Below, in pieces: positions 11,944 to 23,396 of a stretch of DNA of 64,000 nucleotides. Numbering within the stretch: position 1 is the first letter of the stretch; every line of letters begins with the position of its first letter. The translations under genes and the position numbers were made by a program. The notes under the pieces are model-generated. The model saw only the letters and a program-made list of their open reading frames with translations, searched no databases and was not told the DNA's origin. The DNA comes from Macrostomum lignano (taxonomy: Eukaryota): NCBI GenBank assembly GCA_002269645.1, contig NIVC01001412.1, positions 103,398 through 167,397 on the forward strand. Reading direction: 5' to 3'.

Positions 11944-13230
11944 TTAAACTTTACTGGATGAATTGTTGATCATGTTAAGCTTCACCTTCCTCTCAAATGC
12001 ATAGATAATGTACAAGTCCACGGGTATTGCGACAGTCCTCTCAATGTTAGTCACGATATTCACAGGGCTGTTATCAGTAGGCATTTGTCTGGCAGACACA
12101 TCAGCGCCAAACATCGGATATAGAGTTCCATATTGAAGAGCAGTGATAGCAATTCCATTGTTCTCTTTCACAGCCAAGTCGACCAACTCGCTGTAAAATT
12201 TGCTAATCTTGTTCTGACTGAAATCACCATTTTGTGGCAGTGCAGGGTAAAGATTATCACTGATTTCATGCTGGATGGACCGCACGTCTCCATGCATGTA
12301 GCGTATAATGCTATTTGGGTTTCTCATATTAATAATGATATACCTTGGATTGCTGCATGATCCCTCTTTAATGCAGATGTTTGTTCTAGTTTCGTTTCGC
12401 TCATCTCGACACATGTAGGCTGTGTATGCAACATCAATGTCCTTCTCTATTGCCTTGAGATAATCCGCTTTTAGTGCGGTCTTTGGCTCAATGACTTCCA
12501 AATACAGCTCGATTCCGGTTAGCTTCACCTCCATCCTTGTGTGGTCCGCCCCAGTCCACAACACTCTACTGCGATCATCTCTAGTCATCTTAAAGGTGTA
12601 GCTAAAGTTACTAGTCAGTCGATTAAATGTATTACAGAATCCACTCATGAATCTCAATGGTACAAATACATCAACAGACCGATACAGCGGGTTCTTAGCA
12701 GCATCATCAGCACCTTGCAATGCATAGTTGTATCTCTTCTTCCTATTTTTATAGCCACTGTCATTGATATCTCCTTCTTTTTCATCTGCAATAAAACCCG
12801 CACCACTTCCCAACTGAATAAAATCAGGATTCTCGATCAAACAATGAGCGTCATAGACAATTCCAAAGTTGGCGATTCGCTCCAACTCTGTGCTCCCATT
12901 CGATACACTAAACTCCTTGAACATGTACGCCCAAAAGTTACTGATCAGAGCCACATCCGCATCATGCTTGTCAACGTTAGCACGAGCCGCATCCGCACCA
13001 CCCTTTGTCTTGAATTGAAATGTCATATGGAAGCCGCTTTTAAGACTGTGCACACTAACCAAAGACGAACATCCATTGTATGTAAATGTCAGTGTTTGAC
13101 CAGGACCAAGATTAGTTTCATTCTGATTTTCCTGACTGGGAACTCTTACCTGAGTCGCTTTGATTGTGCTATCATCACTCAAAATAGGCTTGTTAATTTT
13201 GTAGAAAACTGGTGTCAGTAGGTCGTTCAT
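11944..13230 (-). CDS. Major capsid protein (double jelly roll, hexon-like)
   Basis: Intact 428-aa ORF with ALISNFWAYMF, VFVPLRFMSGFC, PRYIII and YPMFGADVSARQ motifs. Size and position fit a Polinton MCP. Confidence 0.8.
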   Translation of the reverse strand: MNDLLTPVFYKINKPILSDDSTIKATQVRVPSQENQNETNLGPGQTLTFTYNGCSSLVSVHSLKSGFHMTFQFKTKGGADAARANVDKHDADVALISNFWAYMFKEFSVSNGSTELERIANFGIVYDAHCLIENPDFIQLGSGAGFIADEKEGDINDSGYKNRKKRYNYALQGADDAAKNPLYRSVDVFVPLRFMSGFCNTFNRLTSNFSYTFKMTRDDRSRVLWTGADHTRMEVKLTGIELYLEVIEPKTALKADYLKAIEKDIDVAYTAYMCRDERNETRTNICIKEGSCSNPRYIIINMRNPNSIIRYMHGDVRSIQHEISDNLYPALPQNGDFSQNKISKFYSELVDLAVKENNGIAITALQYGTLYPMFGADVSARQMPTDNSPVNIVTNIERTVAIPVDLYIIYAFERKVKLNMINNSSSKV

Positions 13231-13260
13231 TTTTTAACTAAAAATAAAATAAAATTAGAA

Positions 13261-14934
13261 ATGAAGCGAAAAAGTACACAGCAGATATCTGAATTGGAGA
13301 AGCTAGCACAAGCAGAGAAACGAGTTACCGGGCTAATAAATAAGGAGCAGCAATCCTACAATGAGTTTGTCCAAGCAGCCACAGAGTTTCATAAGCCCGG
13401 GTATGGAGAAGCTAAGAAAAATATTGATCAGGTCAAAGAAACTATCGACGACATACAGGAAACCCAGGTGCAAAAGGCTTTGGGCAAAATTCCAGAAGCA
13501 CCACAGATACAGCCGCAACCACAGACACAACCGCAACCACAACAATCACAACCACAACAACCACAACCACAACAACAGCAACTAAAAGTGACAGATAACA
13601 TTTTTGGACCAGTAGAGCGTGTAGAACATGATGGGAAATATGTATTTGGAATAAGTATGTGGAGAAGAAACATTTATAATGAACCAGTGGAATATTATAT
13701 CGACATAAATAAGGAAAATATTTCTGTTGTCAAAGGCTCAGAAACTATGAAAATTCCTTTCACAGACACCTTACTGACTTTTATGACCAAGAACCAAGAG
13801 AAAATCTCTGAGAAGCAGCTAAAGAACTACAGAAATCTAGTGACTTTTTCTCTTGTTAGAGATATAGAAATCCTAAAGGTCCCAGAAGTTTTGAAACACA
13901 TGTACGATAGCGGTGTCAACCTGACTAAATTCAAAAAGTACAAGCACTTTAAACAATGGTTCGGTTTGCCAGATCAGGGGGAAGTCATAAAATATCTAGA
14001 ACAACAGCAACAGCAACCACAACCACAACCACAACAGCAACATTTTACAGAAGAACAAGTACTCAGTCAACTCGAGCAGTTAGACCCTTTGAAAGTAGCT
14101 GAATATAAGAAACAAAACCCAACAGACTGGCAACGCTTAGAACAACACTCTCCAGATCGAATGAATAGAATCAATCAAAGAGTTTTCACACCTCAACAAA
14201 GACAGGCACCACATGACAGTTCCATCTCTGAAAGTGAGCAGTCTTTTGCATCACCTCCCCAGCAGCTACAAGCCCAACCAACTCCACAACCCCAAGACCA
14301 ACCGCCCTCAACTGGAAAAGGAATTTCTGAAATCTACAAGCGAGTAGCGGTTCTTCTAGGAGCGGCAAAGACCGGAATGAAAGTTGAAAATAGAAAAGAA
14401 TTTGTCAACATCCTCAATAAAATGCTTGAGAGAAAATACATCGATAAGAGGGCGAGAGAGCTTCTGCTTTCGCGGTTCAACAAAAATAATTTATTTCAAG
14501 AAAAAATGCCTCTTATTTTCGAAAAAGACATTGACAAATACTATGACAAAGAGGAACTTAATCTCATTAAACGTGGATCTGGACTTTTCCCTGCAGGCCA
14601 CTATCCAAGAAAAGAACGCTCTGGGAATGGCCTTGCTGATTTGATCGCTCAGGGGGCCAAGATTTTTAAGGTCATTGGAGAGAACAAAGAGAACATCAAG
14701 AACGTTGCCGAAGCGGCTGGCAGTGTAGCCACAGCAGCCAAAAAGATAAAGGATACTGTAACACCTAAACAAGAGATTCAACCTCCACTGGCCCCGCTGG
14801 CTCCGCTGGCTTCGCTGGGCCCAAATCCAGACAGTGTGGACCCTGCAGTCTATGAGAAGATGAGAGCTAGCATTAAAAAAGGAAGTGGTTTCAAATTTGA
14901 CTCAAGGTACTTTCCGAGGGTACAAGAAATGTAA
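13261..14934 (+). CDS. Gln/Pro-rich Polinton protein, putative virion core/cement precursor
   Basis: Intact 557 aa. Contains RVAVLLGAAKTG...EFVNILNKML (Polinton-type helical motif) and four GxG-hydrophobic motifs. Confidence 0.6.
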   Translation: MKRKSTQQISELEKLAQAEKRVTGLINKEQQSYNEFVQAATEFHKPGYGEAKKNIDQVKETIDDIQETQVQKALGKIPEAPQIQPQPQTQPQPQQSQPQQPQPQQQQLKVTDNIFGPVERVEHDGKYVFGISMWRRNIYNEPVEYYIDINKENISVVKGSETMKIPFTDTLLTFMTKNQEKISEKQLKNYRNLVTFSLVRDIEILKVPEVLKHMYDSGVNLTKFKKYKHFKQWFGLPDQGEVIKYLEQQQQQPQPQPQQQHFTEEQVLSQLEQLDPLKVAEYKKQNPTDWQRLEQHSPDRMNRINQRVFTPQQRQAPHDSSISESEQSFASPPQQLQAQPTPQPQDQPPSTGKGISEIYKRVAVLLGAAKTGMKVENRKEFVNILNKMLERKYIDKRARELLLSRFNKNNLFQEKMPLIFEKDIDKYYDKEELNLIKRGSGLFPAGHYPRKERSGNGLADLIAQGAKIFKVIGENKENIKNVAEAAGSVATAAKKIKDTVTPKQEIQPPLAPLAPLASLGPNPDSVDPAVYEKMRASIKKGSGFKFDSRYFPRVQEM

Positions 14935-14945
14935 AGGTACAAGAC

Positions 14946-15092
14946 TAGTCCCAAAATGACATACCTAAGTCCCAAAATGACACATCCAAGTCCCAAAATA
15001 ACACATCTAAGTCCCAAAATGACACATCTAAGTCCCAAAATGACACATCTAAGTCCCAAAATGACACATCCAAGTCCCAAAATGACACATCT
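14946..15092. repeat. 21-bp tandem repeat (CTAAGTCCCAAAATGACACAT), about 7 copies
   Basis: Directly visible in the intergenic spacer. Confidence 0.93.
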
Positions 15093-15136
15093 TCTAAATT
15101 ATTTATTATTAAAAAAAATTTTTATCATAGAAAAAA

Positions 15137-15934
15137 ATGGACTTTTCAAGCGACTTCAATCCTCACTGGACGCGTAATCAGATTAAGTTTTCTCATCATG
15201 AGTCAATCCCGAGTCACTTCAGATGCATTGTTGTTGGTTCATCAGGTTCAGGTAAAACATTCAGAGTCTTTAACATGCTTCTTAGACCTGGCTTTATCGA
15301 CTATGACACTCTGCACATCTACTCTCCCACACTGTATCAAGATGAGTATAGAATGCTGATTGCAGGGCTTCAAAACAAGCTGAACAAAGAGGACATTATT
15401 GCATGTTTTAATAACCAACAAAACCTTCCCAGTAACCCTGAAATTGTAGCTGCCGAATATGCAAAGCACCTCAAAGACAATGAAAAATGGCAGAACATTA
15501 AAGTGTTCACCTATGGAGATCCGCAGGTGATCCAAAGACCAAACTTCTACCCCAACCAGATGAGCTAGAAAAGGGAGAAAGCATTTGATCGTCTTTGATG
15601 ATTGTATGACAGGCCCACAGAAGCAGATAGAAAACTATTTTACAAGAGGACGACATAACAATTGTAATGTAATTTACATTGCACAGAACTGGTTCGAGCT
15701 CCCGAACAAAACAATTCGTGGGAACTGCAATCTGATTCTCCTGTTTCCAACCATTCCACAGGACAGGCTAAAAAGATTTTACAATGAGGTCATTGCGCCT
15801 GCCTATTTCATAAATCCAACAAAAAACTCAAGCAGAAAGATTTCACAGAGGAATTCGTTAATCTTTGCTATGACAAGTGGAATCAGCCTTACCAGTTTGT
15901 GATTATCAGCAAAGAAAAAAGAACTGTAATTTAA
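15137..15934 (+). pseudogene. A32/FtsK-like packaging ATPase, frameshifted
   Basis: Walker A GSSGSGKT, Walker B LIVFDD and YFTRGRHNNCNVIYIAQ. The pieces lie in different frames, with shifts near 15540, 15575 and 15815. The C-terminal FVNLCYDKWNQPYQFVII is in an alternative frame. Confidence 0.88.
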
Positions 15935-15937
15935 AAT

Positions 15938-16691
15938 TTGCTATTAAAAGATGTCTATAATTTTGCAGGTGAATCCATTTCTGGCAACAGCGCTCTTACA
16001 TCAGCTCAAATATCCATCCTTGACAGGCGATATATCAACAGCGACGAAGAGATCCCAGAGATCAAACTGAATAAAAACAGACTGAAACAATTAGAGCGCT
16101 CCATGCACCAGTTGCAAATAAACATGGAAGATCTCAGGCTTAAAGTAGCTAGGCAGAAGTTTGAAAGTGATAAGCTTTATGCGCAGTTGTCACAGCACTA
16201 ATGAACTTAGGTCAGAAATAACTTCGGCAGTCTCGCAAATCAACGGCTTAAGAACAAATTTAGCATCGACAATTAATCTTCTGAGAAACTCCATTGATAG
16301 GCGGATGCGCATTTTTGAAGAAGGAGTTTTCAGAAACACAGTTAAAGTGAGGAATTTAGAAGAGTTCATGAACCAGTCAACAGCATTGCATGATAGAATT
16401 AAAGAAAACGTCGCAACCAACACAGCTAAAGTGAATAATTTAGAAGAGTTCATGAACCAGTCAACAGCATTGCATGATAGAATTAAAGTAAGAATTACTG
16501 CAAATAAAGTCTTTGTAGATTTAATTTTTACCGAATGGCAGAAATCGTTGAGAAGAATCAGTCGTCTTGAACGCTTGCATAATCTCAAAAACATTGACGC
16601 TGAAGAGGCACCACAGACCACAAGGGAAATAAGTGATCCAACCGACTTGTTTGAGATCAGACGTAGAATGGAGCTCACAGACAATGAATAG
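15938..16691 (+). pseudogene. Coiled-coil Polinton protein (possible fibre/spike), one frameshift
   Basis: Two overlapping heptad-rich ORFs with an internal 28-aa duplication (KVxNLEEFMNQSTALHDRIK). Start codon uncertain. Confidence 0.45.
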
Positions 16692-16800
16692 GCAGATTCG
16701 AAGAGACCCGTTGCCGTGACTGCAGACGAAGCAATCAACCGTAAAACAAATCTAACACCACCAACTAGTTGTCGATTTTTTTAAAAAAATTCCCTTAAAA

Positions 16801-17467
16801 ATGGATGCTCAAAATTCTCTTTATGATCCGAAGGCTCCCACAACACCTAGTGCACCTAGTGCACCCCAATATGAGCAACAAAAACTCTACCCCGTCATTA
16901 CTTGTAACTCTCAACAGTTTCGACTGGTGGAGATTCAAAAAATGCGCGATGATCTTGAAAAAAATATTTTCCACAACACAAAGAAAATTAAGCGCTATGA
17001 CAACCACTGTAAATTTTTCGACTACAGCAATATGATTCTAGGATCTGTGTCTGTTCTATCTGGATCTGCTGCAGCTGTCTCAGTGTTGCCAGCCATCACA
17101 GCCCCAATCGCAATCCACTTGGTTCAGTGGTGCTGCATGTGGACTTATTTCAGCAATTACTGGAGCATTAGCGCGAAACAGGCGAAAAAAACTAAAGCAG
17201 CTACAGGAGAAGCAAGTAAAAGAGAAAGGGGTGCACACATCAATCATAGGGTACATTTCAAGGGCAATCGAGGATAAGTTCATTTCAGAGGATGAGTTCA
17301 AAACCATTCAGGATCTTTATGAACAATCAATTCGAATGAACTTGAACATGGTCGGTACTGATGACATGAGTCAGCTGAAAAATGAACTCGAGAAAGTTTT
17401 TCAACATTATGCGGAAAGAAAGTCGGCAAGAAATTCGGCAAGAAGGACAACGAGAAATGCACAATGA
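16801..17467 (+). pseudogene. GasderminX-like Polinton membrane-active protein, frameshifted
   Basis: QQFRLVEIQKMRDDLE, then a hydrophobic GSVSVLSGSAAAVSVLPAITAPIA stretch, then ISRAIEDKFISEDEF. This is the pattern of the adintovirus 'gasderminX' family. Split over overlapping frames. Confidence 0.7.
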
Positions 17468-17471
17468 ACCC

Positions 17472-17872
17472 CTATGAAACACAGGTACGAATAATTTCCT
17501 TGTAGGTCTTTCGTGTTTTGGTCATTGCATACAAAACAGTCATGCACAGCTCACCGCAAATATCACTGCTAAGACCTTGGAGAATAAAGTCTGAGCGATA
17601 AATTTTTTTATTATTTTTCCCTTCATATAATTTCTTAGCTCTTCTGGTACTGCCGTCCCATAGCTATCGAAGTAATAACACTTGTGCTTGCGATCGGGAT
17701 CAATCACCCAGCAAACCCAATGAGATCCTGGCTTATCGGCGGTGTCAAAGTTCATGATGCCGCATTCCTTTCTTAGAGGAAAATCAGGCAGAGTGTCCCT
17801 CATAAATATTCCTCTAAAGTTTGGGATTTCCAGTTCGTTAGCCAAATCTTCAAGAAAGTTATTTGTCGTCAT
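17472..17872 (-). pseudogene. Adenain-like cysteine protease, one frameshift
   Basis: GSHWVC (His), YYFDSYG (Asp). After a shift in an A-run near 17605 the frame reads LQGLSSDICGELC (Gln, Cys), with stop at 17472. Confidence 0.88.
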
Positions 17873-17917
17873 TTTTTATGAGGTTTATTAAACTTTCTCT
17901 TAAACCTAAACCCAATC

Positions 17918-20900
17918 TCAACCTCCTAAACCCAATCTCCAGTGCCCGAACGGTAGACTGTTAATATTGTCATCAAAAATGAATCTCTTGTTATCTGCAC
18001 CTGACAGTCCAATCTTCTTTTGCTGAATTGTGTGAATAATATTATTTTTAGATTGTAGCTTTGAGAACTCATGTGATGTCTTTTTGTTGCAATTCAAGGC
18101 GTCTCTGTATTCAGCTTCATTAATTTCCTTCCTAACCACACGTTTCGGAATTCCCTTTGATTTTTTAATTGGGTCTGACGACTCACATTTTACAAAATAG
18201 GACTTTGCTCTCAACCCAATGAATTCAGTGATTATGTCACCAGCAATCTCGTCCTTCATTTTCCCAATCACTTTCTTGTTAGTGGCGTCAAACACTTGAT
18301 CGCCATTCTGTGTCCTGCAAGATTCATCATACTCAGACAAGTCAAACAAATCTTTTTGCTGCAGCATGTCCTGATAAATGTCTTCTGTTTGAATGTCCAT
18401 AATAAAACTGTCTGTGTCAGTGTACAAGAGTTTCATTTTATCCTTGTACTGCTGCTTCATGCCATAGAAGAACTGGTACATCAGACGTTTTGATTCGTCG
18501 AGAACAGTGACACCTGTATAGATCGGCTTGCGCAGCGTCACCTTGGTTTTGTAAAATATGATCACACCTAAGTAGCTATTAAAGATATGGAGTTCTTTGA
18601 ATGTTGGCTTTGACATATTTGCCTGAATAACAGCAGGCTCTGATGAGGTAACAAGTTTCAGGTTTGTTCTTTTCCGCTCATTCTCAAGAGTCTTGCCATA
18701 GACAGAGTTGTTGGCCAACTTAAAGAGGTTCTTGTCAAAGTCGTTGGTTGCTTTGGTCCTAAACTGGGTGTTCTTATCAATGTAGGGTTTCATCCACGCT
18801 TCCTCTGTAAATGTAAGAGCCCTGTGAACTTTGGTGACCCTGCAACCAAGTGAGATAAAATACTGAAGCAGTTTGTAATGGATTTTGTAACGTGTCTTGT
18901 TGTTTAGATTCTGTGTTAGTTTCTCTGTATGTTCTTTTTCTGTTCCTGACAGGTGCCAAGTTCCATTGGGAGTTTCGATTATTTTCGGGCACTTGATGTT
19001 CTCTGGGAAGGGTGGAAAGTCAGAGAAATAGTCGTGAAGCTCTGGTGGAATGTAAACATCAACCTCATAAATGGCAGCCAATGAAAAGTCCCGTTTGAAT
19101 TCTGATGAGGGTAGCCATCGAAAATCTCTAACTGGAAGATCTTGACTCATCGCCCACCCGTAGAGATTATTAGCGTCCAAGTAAGTAATGTAGTTTGAGG
19201 GCTGCTCCTTATTGTAAGATTCAATGTAGGGATTGTTTGCTTTTGCATACCTGTTAACACAAATTGAGATTCCCCCTCGCTTTGACGATTCGACAAAATT
19301 GTACATGTCAATGTCTGTAAGAAGTTCAATGTACCAATCTGGATCTTGATCCCATTTCATTTTAAGCAAAGATTCCCAGCTAGTGGCAGGGAGACACATA
19401 ATGTGCAGGATCGAGGCCATATGCTGTGTACCAGGTATATCTGAAGGTTTCAAACACATCGGCCAGCAGAAACACATCTGTGTAGAGGTAAAGCAGGTGA
19501 TACTGGAAGAAGTTTTGACAATTAAAGTAATTATAGACATGCTTCGCGTGCTCATAGTCTTTGTCAGAGATTCCAGAGTCTGTTAGCTTTGAAAAGAACT
19601 TTCTTGTGGTGGTAAACCTTCTTCAAATACGTGATACCCAGTAATATTCTCATAGGGGTAGAAGCCTTTGGTTTTCAGGAGTTTAAATGATTCATCACTG
19701 TTGTAAATTTTACTTGCAAACATCTTTGTATATGTACATTGTTCATCTTTTAGATTCTTGCTTAGTTCGTCTAGACTGGCAGCTAGAAATTGATATGAAT
19801 CCTTCAGTCTTATTTTACCTTTACCCGAATTATCCTGTTTAATATCAACACACTTAAACTTCTCCTTGTTTTCTGCGATGCAATCAAGGTGTATGTCTGG
19901 AATCATGCCGATTTTTTCAACTATTAAATGCATGTCATAGTTCTTTGCGTTGTGACAAAATATCGTTAGATCATGAATGTTCGATTTTAGCTTTAGATTA
20001 CAGGTGTTATGCGCTGCACCTCTAAATTTCCCAGTAAAGTGGCAGTGGTCCCTAACGGTGGGGTTTTTAATATTAGTGCAAGTTAACTGTTTCCTGCAGA
20101 TGTGGCAATGAGTTGCTGATAGGAAATTGCTTTCATCCTCCTCAGTCATCATTATTGGAACAGGTTGAAAGGTGCTAATCACTCTTTGCAACTCTAACAT
20201 TCTGGCAATAAACAGCTCCACACACTGCTCTCCAAAGAAATAATTATACTCAACAAGTCCTTTTGTATTAATAAAGGCATATGCTACTGAATTGGGGACA
20301 TGTTTTAGAGTTTGAGTTTGTTTTTGAGTTTCTTGAATGATTGAGCATTCGAAATCAGCATATACAACAAATGGGAGCTTCTCCATCTTGTGATAGTTCT
20401 TAAACCGGAGATACTTCTCTTCAGCTGAAAGAAGAGAGCAGTTGGTCGGGTGATCCTCGCATGATAATTCATGCTCTGTTAGTTTTTCAAAGCGTTCAGG
20501 TCCATTGTAATGCTTAAGGCACAAGCGGCAGATGGCAACAGCCTCGTGATGATTATTCAACTGCTTGTGAATGAGTCTTGAAAGATCTTTAATCCAAACA
20601 TAGTGAGCCTCCTCTAGTAAATTACCAATCACTAGAAGATCCACTTCAATCCGCCTTTTCCCCTCGGGATCTAAAACGTCTTTGCTACATCTGACCGGTT
20701 GAACTTTCTCAGTTTTTTCACTCCACTCAAAGACTGTGATTCTAATTTTGTTATTGAAACACTTCTTCTAGCTTGGGATCTGAGAGATCGCCAAGCCTCC
20801 TTTGTCAAACCTGATTCCCTTCTTTTCGCATTCAATGAGATAGTAGTTGAAATAATTTTGATAATTTGAGGTTCTTTCGGGGTGGTGAGGGACACTATCA

Positions 20901-21741
20901 TGAAAAAGTGCAGAAAGAACTGCCCATAGAGCACAGCAATTGTCTTTATTTTTAACATTTATGCAAGCTTTTTTGCCGGCTAGCTTGTGTGGGAGCTCTA
21001 TATAAGAGGAGGCTTTAAGTGGGTCATATTTCATGACCATGACAGTCGCTCTTTGAATCCCTCCCACGACCCATCCGGAACCTCTGGATGTAAACGCTTC
21101 AATTTTCTTAGTGACATCTTGAAGGAAAGGATCCAGTGTGTCTGTTGGGGTGAATGGCTTTGCCTTTGTTGTCATGTATTGTAATACTCGAGATGCTCAG
21201 TGGGTTTCGCAGGCATATAAAACGCAATCTTGAATGATATCTGTAGTTTAAAGGTCTTGCGTGTTTTGAGTGTGTGATCAACAACTGATTGGATGCTGTC
21301 TTTATAGTCGTAGATGTTTGCGGTGGTATCCTTAATTGGGATTGTGTACTCTATGTAATGTTCTGTAAACTTCCTCTGTGCAAAATTAATCTCTTCAATG
21401 GCAAGCATCGACTCTTTTAAATGGATTAATTGCTCTAATTTCTCTTGTTCCTGCTTATTTTGTGGGTACTTTGCTTTTTCACCAGTGAGAGTTTCGTATT
21501 TGTTAACTAAGTTGCGACTCCTCTCTTGGTGTTCCTTTGCAGGATTTTTTATAGGCGCATACTGGTTGGATTCTAATTGATTGATGATTTCCAACTGTTT
21601 TTCATAGCTTCCCAGGTGACCAGGGTCGGTGTTGAACTTTTGTTTGTATGCTTCTCTTAGTGAATTACTTTTGTCTTGAAATGAGACGCCTTTTGAAAAA
21701 TGTTTGTTGACTAAATCTTTTGCTGGATTAGCTTTTGGCAT
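17918..21741 (-). pseudogene. polB: Protein-primed family B DNA polymerase with endonuclease VII-like insert, disrupted
   Basis: GSGW/SSYIELP/INVKNKDNC N-terminus, YADFEC, RDHCHFTGKFRGAAHNTCNL, HNAKNYD, YLYTDVFLLADVFE, YLDANNLYG, KLANNSVYGK and YTDTDS. Lesions near 21175, 20768 (stop), 19590 and 19395. Confidence 0.93.
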
Positions 21742-21864
21742 TTTTTCTCTAAAATAAAAAAAATTTTTGAGGGTGACCACCCTCATAGAAAAGTTGAACT
21801 GTTTCTACATCCTATCAGTAGTATTAGGTTTATGAAGCTGGATAAAGTAGGGTTTTAAACCTCA

Positions 21865-22311
21865 TCACATGCGCATTATTGTAAACCCAGCATTGTGCAG
21901 TGTCATGATAGCTTTGACAATGTCAGACTTGCTTATAGAATTTTCATTCTCACAATCATCACGATCGGGGCAGCCCTCTCCTGCCTTAATTGTTATACCT
22001 TTGTCTCTTGCAATCTTTTGCAATTCTAGCTGGTGGGCTCTATCATTCCCAGCTTTAACAGCAGTTGCTACACCTCCAGCTACACCACCTGCGGCACTTA
22101 CAGCGCCTGCAATGATTGGGATAAGAGCTGCTAATGGTAGGATTCCTCCTGACTTTTCATCTGTGATGCTGTGTGTTTGCTCATTACACTGAACTATTTG
22201 CTGCACGGGATCGATTTTTACTTTGGCACCTTTAATTGATATAAGACCTGGTTTCTTTGATTCAATGATTTTATTGAGTTTATTGATGGTTCTGGTTTCA
22301 ATCTTTGTCAT
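21865..22311 (-). CDS. Adenovirus pX/pVII-like core protein precursor
   Basis: SGG|ILPLAALIPIIAGAVSAAGG resembles the adenovirus pX C-terminal GG|ILPLLIPLIAAAIGA segment. Confidence 0.65.
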   Translation of the reverse strand: MTKIETRTINKLNKIIESKKPGLISIKGAKVKIDPVQQIVQCNEQTHSITDEKSGGILPLAALIPIIAGAVSAAGGVAGGVATAVKAGNDRAHQLELQKIARDKGITIKAGEGCPDRDDCENENSISKSDIVKAIMTLHNAGFTIMRM

Positions 22312-22327
22312 TTTTTATTTTAATATT

Positions 22328-23365
22328 TTAATTAATTTCTGTGTCAGCCGGTATCACTAGGAGTTCAGCTCTAGTGAATGACCGCGTGGGGGATTTAGGG
22401 TTAAAGGCCTGAGATAAAAAGTAATATTCTCCAGAGTCGGGGGTAAAATGTCTGTCTATTTTATGTACATCAAGGCTGAAGTATGGATCTGTAGCTCTTC
22501 TTTTGGTGTCCTTCTCTAGCTCTCCAGGTAGATATAAAAAGCGTAGAAACTCAGAGTTTGTCAGTATGTATGGTGATTCAACTCCTGGAAGCTTCGGGTA
22601 GTTTGAGGTGTGTTTTGTGTTGTGCGTGTTGTGTGGGGTTGTCGTGTTGTTGTCTGTTCTATGAGATGACTTAAGTTCGACAGTGTCTTGTTTAATTGCA
22701 TGGGACGGTTTCAATCCAGTCATGCGCGTGACTTCATTGTTCAGTTGTTCTATAACAGTGGGGAGCCGGTCTGTCCACTTGGTATAGTACTGACCACTTT
22801 TTAGTTTCAGCTCTTCAGCTGTCTGCTTAGTGAATAGCCTCTTGGCTAGAGTTAGATTGAATCTTTCCACAAAAGCCTGGTCTCTGTGCAAGTTTGTTCT
22901 GCCATAGCGAATCTCTGTATTTTTCTTTTCCATAAGGGATTTCACTGCACCCATGAATTCCTTACCCGGGTCGGTCATAAAGATTTGGGGGTATGTGAGC
23001 GGAGAGTTTTTATAAATATCTTGGAGGGCGGTTTCAACTGCTTCTGACTTCTTCGTCTTAAGCGGTCTCGCTTCCTTATATCTGGAGGCAACGTCTGTAA
23101 TTGTGAGAGCATACTTGTAGCCCGAGTCATTGGGGAGAAACAGAAGATCTGCTTGGTGCGCCTCATTAGGTTTATAAATACTGAAATGGGGCCTTTCAAA
23201 TTTTACTGGTGGGAAATAGACTTGAAAGACAGCCTGCTTAGAGAGCCATTTTTCTACTGTAGCTTTTGGTTCCTTACTTAGTTCTGCGAGTTTGGTGACT
23301 GCATTTTTTCCTACAAAGAATCCTTTGTCGCTGTAGTAGAGTTTTTTAAGTTTCTGATCTGTCAT
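22328..23365 (-). CDS. int: Retroviral-like (rve) DDE integrase
   Basis: Intact 345 aa. HQADLLF (D), MTDPGKEF (D), AFVERFNLTL (E). No evident chromodomain. Confidence 0.93.
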   Translation of the reverse strand: MTDQKLKKLYYSDKGFFVGKNAVTKLAELSKEPKATVEKWLSKQAVFQVYFPPVKFERPHFSIYKPNEAHQADLLFLPNDSGYKYALTITDVASRYKEARPLKTKKSEAVETALQDIYKNSPLTYPQIFMTDPGKEFMGAVKSLMEKKNTEIRYGRTNLHRDQAFVERFNLTLAKRLFTKQTAEELKLKSGQYYTKWTDRLPTVIEQLNNEVTRMTGLKPSHAIKQDTVELKSSHRTDNNTTTPHNTHNTKHTSNYPKLPGVESPYILTNSEFLRFLYLPGELEKDTKRRATDPYFSLDVHKIDRHFTPDSGEYYFLSQAFNPKSPTRSFTRAELLVIPADTEIN

Positions 23366-23396
23366 TTTTTTTAAAAATAAAATTTAAAATAAAATA

